From Octopus sinensis (Eukaryota), in NCBI RefSeq assembly GCF_006345805.1, contig NC_043020.1:6510001-6574000 (forward strand): a DNA stretch of 64,000 nucleotides, written 5' to 3'. Below the pieces are notes generated by a model that saw only the letters and a program-made list of their open reading frames with translations, was not told the origin of the DNA and did no database searches. Positions 1 to 12,700 of the stretch are shown one piece after another (the first letter of the stretch is position 1; each line of letters begins with the position of its first letter). The translations under genes were made by a program, and so were the position numbers.

Positions 1-270
1 GAACAAATATTATTATTATTATTATTTTTTCCTTCTTTCTTCAAATTTTCTTACATTTCTCGCCGAGTGTTTTCCATACACCTAGGGCAGAGAAGGGCAT
101 TGTATGCATTCCCAGATTACACGCGCAAATTCACGGATAAAATATGTATTTAAAAATTAATAAATAAATGAATTCATGGATGGATGTTACTTATTATTAT
201 TATGATCATTATTATTATTATTGTTGTTGTTTTGTTAATGTTTTGTTTTTTTCCTTACTGTTTTCTTCAG

Positions 271-349
271 GCTTGCAGAAGACCAGTCAACAATGTTTGG
301 TGGATGGGCTCGAATGGCACAACCGATAACGGCCTTCAGTGTGGTTGAG
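271..349 (+). CDS. AQR: AQR exon ([26 protein letters not shown])
   Basis: ttcttcag acceptor at 270, GTGTGT donor at 350; conserved [10 protein letters not shown]. Confidence 0.9.
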
Positions 350-2848
350 GTGTGTAGCTGAGTATTTCTACCCCACTTCTTGTCTGTCTGTAACTCCTTT
401 TATCTTCATCACTATTCCTCTCTGGTCAATCTCTCATCAACTTCTTCAAGTATCACTTGAAAAGGAAAGTGAGAGCAGAGAGGCAAGTTTTGTCAAGCGA
501 ATGTTTTAAAAAAAGATGGGTGAATGTAGCAAGAATGGCACGTATGAATGACGAAGCCACCTTGAGCATAATCCTATGAACCCGAAAAAATTTAAAACAG
601 AGGGTTACCTACTTGCAAGCAAATGTGGTAACAAGTAACATTATTGACCGAGGGTATCGTGGTCTTTTTCATAGGCTTTTCTTTCCATGGATAAACCTTA
701 TCTGTTTCCCCCTTTACACTTTACATCATGACATTTCTGTGATACACGTTCCCTATTGATCGTATTTTTTTCTTTCTTTTTTTCTTTCCCTTTTATGATC
801 CCTTTTGATAGAAAACCTACCCCAGTTTTTTTTTTTTCCTCCCCCAAAAGAAAAGCTCTACTTTGTAATCTGTCCCGTCTGTGTGCAGCCCTGTGTGGCT
901 AATAAAGAAACATATCATCATCACTGTTGTGGAAGGATCCAGACCGCCCCCATGTGACCAAAAGTGGACGGATGCATTTCAATAAAATAAAGCTGTGTGA
1001 ACTGTTGGTGGTTGACAGGGATGGTCATTCGTTTTGGATTGCTGTATTAGTTTAATATCGTATCTACGTTTGTACGTTTGGCGTAGTATGGAATACACTC
1101 TGTGTGAACATATTAACTCTGCGAAAGGTCGTTCCAGATAACCATATCCAAATTTTTATTTGGGTACTACTATTCCTACACCCCACCCCGTTGCACATCG
1201 TTGTCATAACATTATTGGTGATGAGATATTCAAACCCACGACATAACAACCACCATCACCATTATCATTATCATCATCACTATCATTATTAATGGTGATG
1301 ATGATGTTGGGCTGCTCTCATTTTCCAACTACCAAATGCGTTCATAAGTCATTGGTTGGCCCAGGGCTATAGTAGAAGACATCCAAGTTGCTGTACCCTG
1401 GGATTGAACCCCAAACCACACAACCATACCCGTCCCTCTCTTGTGTATTTCCCTTGTTTGTTTTTCTTATTTCATTTAATTTTTTTTTCTTTGGTTTTCT
1501 CTTTTCTTTACTTGTCTTGTAAATTCTTCCTCCCAGGTTGCCAAACCTCGCATCGGAGAATCTCATCCATCCCAGGTCCGTGCCGACATCACAGTCAACC
1601 TAAGTGTCAGACCGGAAATAAAATCTGAATGGGAAGGTACGAGATTAATTAATTTTTCTTTTAATTACTTTTAATTTAAACTAGTCTAAAAGCCACACCC
1701 CATGTGGACTTTTAAGCTGGGTCCTGTGGCCCAAAACTAAAGAACGCAATGATAATAAAGATCCCAATGCTGGATGTTCAAGAACCAAATGCGGGGCAGA
1801 TTTTCAATCCTGGGGGTCATCCTGATTCCAAAAAGGTATTGGGTTGTCCGGAAAGTTTGTGCTGATTTTTAAAGGAAAGAAAAAGGTCAATAAATACTTG
1901 CCATTACATTTTTAATCAACCAAATATGAACCATTTTGTTGCACAATGCGTCTCCATCTTTCCTTTAACTTGAAAATACCCTCTTCCCAGAATTGAGGTG
2001 GTTTCATGGCAAAGAATTCATCAAGGTATCTTTTTACGTCATCCAAGGAATTGAAATTTTTACCATTAAGACTATTCTGCAGAGACCTGAATAAGTGGAA
2101 ATCCGAAGGAGCAATATCTGGTGAATATGGAGGGTGGGGTAACACATCCCAGCCAAGCTGCAGCAATGTTTGTCTGGTTCCCAAAGCATCAAGTGCCGAA
2201 AATGAACTTTCTTATCTTCCATTTTAAAGGGTTACAGAATTAACACAGGTTATAGGAACATAAACCTTCTTCCATGAAAAGATAGCTTAAACTGTGCTCT
2301 AAATGGAGGTGTAGTCAAATCCTATTTTATGGACTCAACCATGTTCTAAAATAAGTCGAAACGTAAGCTACTATAAATTGGCACCTTTTATAACAATTCT
2401 CCTGGGCACTCTATTCCAATTTCCTTGATATTCCCCTTGATGCCTTCTGATACTGTCCCAGGGACCCAACAATAATTGGCACTATTACACCTTCATCATT
2501 TTCCATAGCCAGGCTATTCCGTACTTAAGAGTGTTGTATCCATCTATCTTTTCACCTTCCTTCTTGACTTATTATTATCGTTATTATTATGTTGTTGTTG
2601 TTGATTTTCAGCTCTACGGAAACATGACGTGGCTTTTCTCATCACGGTGAAACCAACATCCCCTATTGGGACACCTTACAACACCGAGAAACCTTTCAGT
2701 CCGCAGGTTGGACTGACTTACGTTAGGGGCTGTGAAATTGAGGGACTTCTTGATGACAATGGGAAAGTTATTGAAGAAGGTAAGGAACAACCTATCACCA
2801 CACAATCAAAATCTTTTTCGTTTTTGCACCAAAAATTTTTTTAAATCA

Positions 2849-2879
<31 letters not shown>

Positions 2880-2927
2880 CATCATTATTATTATTATTCA
2901 TCATCATCATCATTATTATTATCATCA

Positions 2928-2980
<53 letters not shown>

Positions 2981-3014
2981 TATTATCACCATTATATTAT
3001 TATTATCATCATCA

Positions 3015-3066
<52 letters not shown>

Positions 3067-3111
3067 CATCATCATTATTATTATTATTCATCATCATCAT
3101 TATTATTATTA

Positions 3112-3142
<31 letters not shown>

Positions 3143-3379
3143 TATTATTATTATCACCATTATTATTATTATTATAATCATCATCATTATTATATTATTA
3201 TTATTATTATTATTATTATTATCATCATCATCATTATTATTATCATCATTATATTATTATTATTATTATTATATTATTATTATATTATTATTATCATCAT
3301 CATCATTATTATTTATTATTATTATTATTATATTATATTATTATTATTATCATTATTATTATTATTATCATCATCATCA

Positions 3380-3418
<39 letters not shown>

Positions 3419-3450
3419 CATTATTATTATTATTATCATCATCATCATCA

Positions 3451-3494
<44 letters not shown>

Positions 3495-3639
3495 CATCAT
3501 TATTATTATTTATCATCATCATCATCATATTATTATTATATTATTATTATTATTATTATTATATCATCATTATTATTATATTATCATCATCATCATTATT
3601 ATTATCATCATCATCATTATTATTATTATTATTATATTA

Positions 3640-3670
<31 letters not shown>

Positions 3671-4059
3671 GTTTGATTTCTTAGGTCCTGAACCCAAACC
3701 CGATCTCCATGGAGACACAAGAACCTTACGTGTGTGGCTTGACCCCAATCAATACCAACAGGATATGGCAAAAACTCTGAAAGGGGGCGAGGTAATTAAA
3801 GTTACTTAATTAAAAAAAATATTACATCCTATTGAGTTAGTGCTAATGTACATAATGTAATTAGCCATAGCGGGCATGGTGTGTGACTAAGAAGCAAGCT
3901 TGCTTTTGAACCATGTGATTTTGGGTCCCATCCCACTGCATGGCACCTTGGGCAAGTATCTTTTACTATAGCCTTGGGTTGACCAATGCCATGTGAGTGG
4001 ATTGGCAGAGAAAAACTGTGAGAAAGCCTATTGTATATACATGTGTGTGTGTGTTTGTG

Positions 4060-4109
<50 letters not shown>

Positions 4110-6352
4110 CCTGCTCGCTTAGCCAGCGGGGTGGCATCGTTTGAAGGCTAAAACAATGTGAAGCGCATTGTGACCAGCGATGTGTAACAACATCTGATAG
4201 CCTGGTCGGTCACAGTGATATATATATATATATATACATACACGAGGAGTGTTGCAAAGTTCTTGGCTTTAGGTAAAAGAAAATACAGGAGAATCAGTTA
4301 ATTATGATTTTGTTCAAAATATGAGGGGGCGCTGAAAAGTTCCTGGCTTTAAAAGTATCGCGAAAGGCCTGGTTGAAGGCCCAAGCCTCCAAGTTCTTTT
4401 ACAAGGCTTAGAAAAACAGAAAGACCACTGCAATAAGTGCAAATATGAGATGGGAATATGTTGGATAAAATCATAATTAACTGATCCTCCTCTATTTTCT
4501 TTTACTCAAAACCAGGAACTTTCCAGCACCCCCTCATACATACTTATACACATACACACATATTTATATATACATACATATATACACACACATAGCGCTT
4601 GACAACTGGAAATGGGTGTTTCATTCAACATCCTTAAACAACCCTTTTTCAGGGACCTTTTAAACAGGATGGGTTACTCAACCTGAAGAAAATTCTAACT
4701 GGGCTGTTTATCTTGATATGAGATCACTATATTGCACACATTTGGTTGTGATACATGTGCCTGGTGTACCCTTATCAGACGGGTGGTCATGATGGGTAAA
4801 CTGGGCTTTGTATATCTTACCCCACTGTCACTTTGATGGCATGTACTTCTCTCTCACTCAATAATAATAACTTCTAATAATTATGATTTTTGTCTTGTTA
4901 GGATGTGTACGAAACCTTCAATGTAATCATGAGAAGAAAACCCAAAGAAAACAACTTCAAGGCTGTTTTGGAGACAATTCGTGATTTGATGAACACAGAC
5001 TGTGTGGTACCGAATTGGTTGCATGACTTGATTCTGGGTTACGGAAGCCCTGATGCTGCTCACTATTCTAAGTAAGTGACCCCCTGCCAACCTTTATCAC
5101 CATTTGTATGTAACCCTAGGACATGCTCTGCAAGATGGGTAATGTCAGTGTGCATGTAGGGCAGAGTGTAAGGGATTTGAGAGGAAAATTGGGTATATGA
5201 GGCAGGCATGAGATGTAGTGTGCAAGAGAGGGGACTGCACTGGTATGGTCATGTGATGCGTATGGATGAGGATGGATTTGGGTCCAGTCACATCTATCTG
5301 GATGTTTTGTGTTCTTGTTCCATTTTGTATTATATATATATATAAAAATAAAACCTGTTAACTCTAATAATTACATATATTTTTACCTTTTTCTTTCCTT
5401 CTGATCCTCTCACCACTTCCATCACCCTCATCTCCAGGATGCCCAACCAAATCCCAACACTGGACTGGAACGACACATTCCTCAGTTCTCCCCACATGAA
5501 CGAGAGTTTTCCTGATTCCGAAGTGATTATGAAACCCCAGAAGCAAGACGTTGAACCTCAACCACCATTCAGGTATTGTTGACTTTGTCTCTACGTTTTA
5601 GAAAACCCCATAATTAGGGTCGTCTTTGAGTGGGTGGGAGATGCCCCTTCAAATATATACAGGCCCCTTTATATTGATTTGTTTATTTAGATTTAACCTT
5701 TTAGCATTTAAACTGACCACATCCAGCCCCAAATATTCTACCTGTTTTATGTTCAAATTGCCCAGATCTGACCTTTTACACTTACCCTACAATGTCATTC
5801 TAAAAATAAACATTCACATTGTTGAAATCTCAAAGCTTATGTTTAATCCAAAACAGTGTGAACCTATATGCATTATATTTGACAAAGTTGTCTGAATGCT
5901 AAAGAGTTAAAGACACCCTGTAATTCCATGTGCAGACAATCTCAGTAGCCAAGTTCTAGTTTTGGGGATGGTCACCATTTGGAGAATCTTGTAAAATTGA
6001 AAGGTTGAATAGTTTGTGCAGTGCACATAGAAACACAAACATACATACATATACATACACTTACATATACATTCATACACACACATACTCACAAACACAA
6101 ATATATACATAGAGGTCTTGGCGTGGCTGTGTGGTAAGAATTTTGCTTCCCAACCACATGGTTCTGTGTTCAGTCCCACTGTGTGGCACTTTGGGCAAAG
6201 TGTCTTCCACTATAGCTTTGGCCTGATCAAAGCCTTGTGAGTGGATTATTTAGACAAAAACTGAAAGATGACCATCGTGTGTGTGTGTATACATATATAT
6301 ATATGTGTATATACATTATATATGTATGTATAAATATATATGTGTGTGTGTG

Positions 6353-6399
<47 letters not shown>

Positions 6400-6717
6400 T
6401 TCGTTTTTGGATTTGATTTGAAAGATTCTTTATGTGAGTTCGTGTGTTGAAGCATATTCTATTGTCTGGGGAGAGTCATTCACTTTTGGTGCCTTATAAT
6501 TTAACACACTCACTGGTAAAATTTCCACTTATTTCTTTTTTATTTTTCTAAAATTTTCGTTGCCTCTTGCAAACTTTTTGAGAGTCAAAGTTATTGAAAA
6601 GGTTGCAAGACGCAATAAAAATTTTAGAAAAATAAAAAGGAAATAAGTGGAAATTTTACCAGTGAGTGTGTTAAATTATAAGGCACCAAAAGAGAATGAC
6701 TCTCCCCAGATACAACA

Positions 6718-6765
<48 letters not shown>

Positions 6766-9700
6766 ATGTCTTTGGGTTTGTCCCTCACCACCAGTGTTGG
6801 TTTGTTTACATCCCTGTTACTTAGCAGTTCAGCTAAAAGGTTGCATTAGAATAAGTACCAGGCTTCAATGGAAAAAAAAAAAGGTACTGGGGTTGATTTG
6901 TTTGACTAAAAGAAAAACAAAAACATTCGTTGTGGTGCCCCAGCATGGCCACAGTCTAAAGACCGAAAGCACTTAAAAGAAAGCATACAAGAAAGAATAT
7001 ATCTGCTCACCTGCAACATTTGTTTGTACACACCTGTATTATACATGTTTTTAAATCTATAACATATCTCCCTGTCTGTCTGTGTGTCACCTATTGCTCA
7101 TACCATGTCTTTTCTGTTTTCTTACCATTCCTCTTCAGACTCACCATGATGGCTGACAGTTCTTCGTTGGAGAGAAGCACAAATGAAGAGAAAACTGGCC
7201 CCAAATCCACTGTCAACGCTGAAGCCCATATCATCCCGAATCGAGGCCCTTACACTTACAGTCAGCCGAAAAGGTAACAACTTGTAATTTATCCACCCAT
7301 CGTGTAATTTATCCACCCCATCACCATACACCAGACTCATTTATCTATTTCGTTCCTACTGCACCATAACCACCACCACCACTACCACCATCACCACTAC
7401 TACCATCATCACTACTACTACCACCATCACCACTACTACCATCATCACTACTACTACCACCATCACCACTACTACCATCATCACTACTACTACCACCATC
7501 ACTACTACTATCACCATCACTCTCACCACAACCACCTCTGCCGTCACCATCACCAACACCACAACCACCACTACCATCACCACTACAACCAGCAGCCCAC
7601 TACTATCACCACCACCAGCCCACCACCATCACCATCACTCTCACCACAACCACCTCTACCGTCACCACCACCACCACCACCACCACCACCAGCAGCCCAC
7701 CACCATCATCACCCTCACCACACCTACCTCTACCGTCACCACCACCACCACTATCATCATCACCATCACTCTCACCACAACAACCTTTACCACCACCACC
7801 ATCACCACCACCACCGCCACCACTAATAATAACACTAAACAGGAAACTGGGGGTGTGTTAGTCCAAATATTTGCAACAGAATGTGCTTTGCTATAGACCC
7901 TCAAGGGCCAGGTGGGGCTGATAAATTGGATGTCCGGGTATTTGTTTAGTGTTTAGGGTATTTGGCTCCTGATCATAAGATTGGGGTTTCAATTCCTGAA
8001 CTAGGCAACACATTATGTCCTTGAGCAAAACATTCATTTCATGTTGCTCCAGTCCACTCAGCTGGCAAAAATGAGAAATCCTGCAACAGACTAGTGTCCT
8101 GTCCAAGTGAAGAGTATATACGCCCTGGAAAGCAGGAAACCGGCCCTTATGAGTGAGCATGACTTGAGAAAGGACCCCACCCTTTTTTTTTTTATATGAA
8201 TCCCTTTCATTCCTGTTTTACTCTACCAGACTTTTATAGCCATTTGATGTTTGAAAAAAATCCCCTTATATTTTTCTAATTCAAAATTATTAGGAATTCT
8301 ATAAAACAACATTAAAATATTTTGTGTCTTGTAGACTTATAAGCGATTTATTGCAGATAAAATTTAACCACAAAATCCTAAATGGTCCCCTCACAAGGGT
8401 CACATGAACCCCGGTTGAGAATCTCTGTCTTATATATATTATTATGTGTGTGTGTGATTTATGTTCTCGTAGGAACACTGTGCCGTTTACACCAACGCAA
8501 ATCGAGGCTATCCGAGCCGGAATGCAACCAGGTTTAACAATGGTGGTCGGACCTCCAGGGACTGGGAAAACAGATGTGGCTGTCCAGATCATTTCCAATC
8601 TTTACCACAACTTTCCGGATCAGCGGACACTCATAGTGACTCATTCTAACCAGGTGAGTAGAGGGATGTCTTGTTATCTTGTTGTTTTGTGTGTGTATAT
8701 ATTTCATCATCATCACCATCATCATCATCACCATCACTATCGTCATCATCATTGTCATCATCACCATCATCATCATCATCATCGTTGTCATCATCACCAT
8801 CATCATATTAGCATCCACTTTCTCCATACCTGCTTGAGTTGCATGGAGTTTATTGAGGTAGATTTTTTATGGTTGGATGCCTTTCCTGTCATTAACCCGC
8901 ACCTGTTTCCAAGCAATGGAATATTCCCTCGTGGCCAGACATCTCACAGAATAGGACTCACCCTCAGAGTGAAACTCAGATTGTGTATAAAGACAGCTAT
9001 GCTACATGGCAGCAAAACATGGACTATTGACTGCAGAGGACATGCGTAGGCTTGAAAGAAATGAAACCAGCATGTTCTGCTGGATGTGCATCATCATTGT
9101 GCATTTACAGCAAAGTGTAAATAGTTTGAGAGAAAACTTTGGTATAAGAGGCATCAGATGTAGTGTGCAAGAGAGAAGACTGCACTGGTTTGGTCATGTG
9201 ATGTGTATGTGGAAGCATCATCCAACCAAAATGCAAATATATGGGAAACTACCACCTGTGTCATCTCTTGTGAAAGGTAGAAGAGTCCAGTTTGCTGGAC
9301 ATTGTTGTAGAGCTGAAAACGAGGCAATTTCTACTCTTCTCCTCTGGAAGCCATATACTTGCGATACCAGAGGGCGCACACTCTCCTACCCTGATGTAAT
9401 CTCCAGGGATACAGACATCCAGCAACATGACCTCCGTAATGCTAAGATGGACTGTGAAGTCTGGCATAGCATGGTAAATTCCATTGTCTCGACCACGGTC
9501 AAACAATGATGATGACGATGATGTGTATGGATGAGGATGGTTGTGTAAAGAAGTGCTGATCTCTAACTGTGAAGGGAATCTGTGGAAGAGGTAGACCCTG
9601 GAAGATGTGGGGTGAAGGGATGACGAAGGATCTTCAGATGTTGAGCCTCTCTGACTGAGGAGATGACAAGGGGCCAAGACCTCTGGTGGTTTGCAGTGCT

Positions 9701-12700
9701 TGTGAAGACACACCCAGCTAAGTAAAATTGAGGCCATCCGTACATACAGGTATGTCCTTCATATCCATGCTTCCACCACCACCACCACAATCTGTTCCTC
9801 TCCCATGCAAAACCTCTCCACAACCCATCTTCCTCCACCCTTGACCACCACCCCCTGCGTATGATATACAATACATTTGGTATATAGCACAATGTGTTTG
9901 TTACTGTTTCTTTCTCTTGTAGGCCCTCAATCAGCTTTTTGAGAAAATCATTGCACTGGACATAGACGAGCGCCATTTGCTCCGACTGGGCCATGGAGAA
10001 GAGGCACTGGAGACCGAGAAAGATTACAGCAGGTCTGAGTCCAATATATGTTCGTTGTTGTTGTTGGTGTTTGTAAATCTTGTTGCCGTTGGCGTCTTTG
10101 TCATTGTCATCGTTGTTTTAATGTCCACCTTTCCGTACTGGCATCGGCCGGACAGTTTGAGTGGACCCAGCAAACTGTGTTCTCGGCTTTTGCATAGTTT
10201 CTATGGCTGGATCATCATCGTCATTGCCGTTACCATTACCACCTTAAATACACTTAAAACTTTTTTTCCTGAATTTGACCTGCTGAAATGAGGGTGCGTC
10301 TAATATGCCGTCAAATACGGTAATTAATATCGTTCGTTAACCCTTTAACATTTAGATTATTCTGTCAAATGAAATGCTTATTTATTTGCACTGTAATTAA
10401 TCAAGCATTATCTCATAGCTCGGAAATTTCGACAATGTGATTACTCTTTTACTTGTTTCAGTCATTTGACTGCGGCCATGCTGGAGCACCGCCTTTAATC
10501 GAGCAACTCGACCCTGGGACTTATTCTTTTGTAAGCCCAGTACTTATTCTATCGGTCTCCCTTGCCGAACCGCTAAGTAACGGGGACATAAACACACCAG
10601 CATCGGTTGTCAAGCAATGCTAGGGTGACAAACACAGACACACACACAAACACACACACGCATATATATACATATTTACGATGGGCTTCTTTCAGTTTCC
10701 GTCTACCAAATCCACTCACAAGGCTTTGGTTGGCCCGAGGCTATAGTAGAAGACACTTGCCCAAGGTGCCACGCAGTGGGACTGAACCCGGATTGTTTAT
10801 TTTTAGAATGACATTGTAGGGTCAGTGTGAGAGGCAAGGTTTATTTGGTTTGAGCATAAAACAGGTGGAATATTTGGGCTGGACAATGGTCAATTTACAC
10901 AGGTATGAATACAAATATGGTGTTAATATGTGTTTTTGAATCCCTCAGGTATGGCCGTGTTAATTATGTCCTCGCACAACGACTGGAGCTTCTTGATGAA
11001 GTGGCTCGACTGCAGGGAAGTTTAAACGTCCAGTGTGATATGTCGTACACCTGTGAAACAGCTGGATATTTTTACCTGTACCAGGTGAGTCGAACTTTGA
11101 CCTTAGCAGTTTGGGTTCATTAATAGCATTTTTTTAATATGGGTTACATTTTAAACTTTCTTTTACTGTAATTGTTTCCATGTATATATACACACTTAGA
11201 GGAATACACACACACATACACACATATGTATGTATGTATAAAATAATGAAGGCAGATGTATGCAATATAAAATCAGAAAGGAAGAATTCAGTTGTCACGA
11301 ATTGTGACTAAGGGTGCTAGGTAGCATTGCTAGAAATAAGAGTTAAAAACCCTCAGAGCTGCAACAAAGCACATTTTCATCTCTAAGGGTTTTTAACTCT
11401 TATTTATAGTTTGTGAAGACCTGTTGAACCGAGTGAAATTGTAGTCATGATCGATATTAGTGATGCCTGACTGGGACCCATGGTGGTGGCTCGTAGAAAG
11501 CATCATTTGAGCATGGCCAGTGACAGTGTTACCTGGCTGGCTCCCGTGCCAGTGGCATATAGAAGCACCCACTACACTCTTGGAGTGGTTGGCTTTGGGA
11601 AGGGTATCCAGTTGTAGAAACCATGTCAAGTCAGACTTGCCAAACCATCCAACTTATGCCAGCATGGAAGGCAGACATTAAGCAACAATGATAATGATTA
11701 TTTACATTCGACGGATATTTTTATGGGCATATGGCGTAGTGGTTAAGACCGCGGGCTACTAGCCCCAAAATTCCGAGTTCAATTCCAAGCAGTGACCTGA
11801 ACAATAATAATAATAATAAAAATACTAATAATAATAACATCGAAAAATACCTTAAGAATGAGAACCCAGGTTCAAAATTTCTCCAAGAGATCTGATAAAG
11901 GCTGGAGGGTATATCAGCTGAAACGTTGTGTAACAACAAACAAGATGAGGACAAATATCCATCAAATGTAAATAATGTACATAATTCCTCATCTCTTAAA
12001 TATAGAACTGAACGATGATGATTTCTAGCAATATAGGTGCTACCCAGAACCCTCGGTCACAATTAGTGACAACTGAATTTTGCCTTTTTGGTTATATACA
12101 TGTGTGTGTGTGTGTGTCACATGGTCGTGATTGACCCGTCTATCAGATGTTGTTATACATCACTGGTCACAGTGCACTTTACATCGTTTTAACTTTTGAA
12201 CATTGCCATACCTCTGGCTAGATGAGCTGGCCAGCATTCCCCTTGATCATACACACACACACACACATACATATATGCACCTGCGTGCAATGCACACACA
12301 CACACACACACTTATATTCATCATGTCACACACAAAACCCTTGTCATATTTTCTCCAATCAATAACCATTCCCTTTTTCCTAAATTCTTCAGGTTTTGGC
12401 AAGATGGGAAGAATTTGAAAGTAAAATCACAAATGCAGAATCAAAGGTTGGTTGTCTTCCACTTGTTTTATTTATTTATTTTCTTTTTTTCATTTCCCTC
12501 TGACATATTTTGTTGTTGCTGTTTAGTACTAGGTCAGTCCTAAATGAACTGACCTTTGGTCAAAAGCTGGTTATCTAAACGTGACAGAATTACTTCTGCT
12601 GCTGCTACGGTTTAGTACCAGGTCAGTCCTAATTGAACATCTCTGTGGTCAAAGGACTGTTGTTCTAGTATTTGATGTATTTCTGTGACATTCAATTGTG

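Noticed and set aside
925-1200. Possible solo LTR (tgttg start, internal AATAAA)
   Set aside because: No matching CA end or TSD identifiable
2732-3676. Poly-Ile/Leu/Tyr membrane-protein-like ORF (also 15423-15986 poly-Leu and 20131-21244)
   Set aside because: Microsatellite translations
9006-9509. 167-aa ORF as a nested host gene
   Set aside because: Chimera of two LINE C-termini
10033-10038. Non-consensus GTCTGA donor as sign of mis-annotation or a U12 intron
   Set aside because: Still GT; phase and peptide join the next exon perfectly; not a U12 consensus (GTATCCT)
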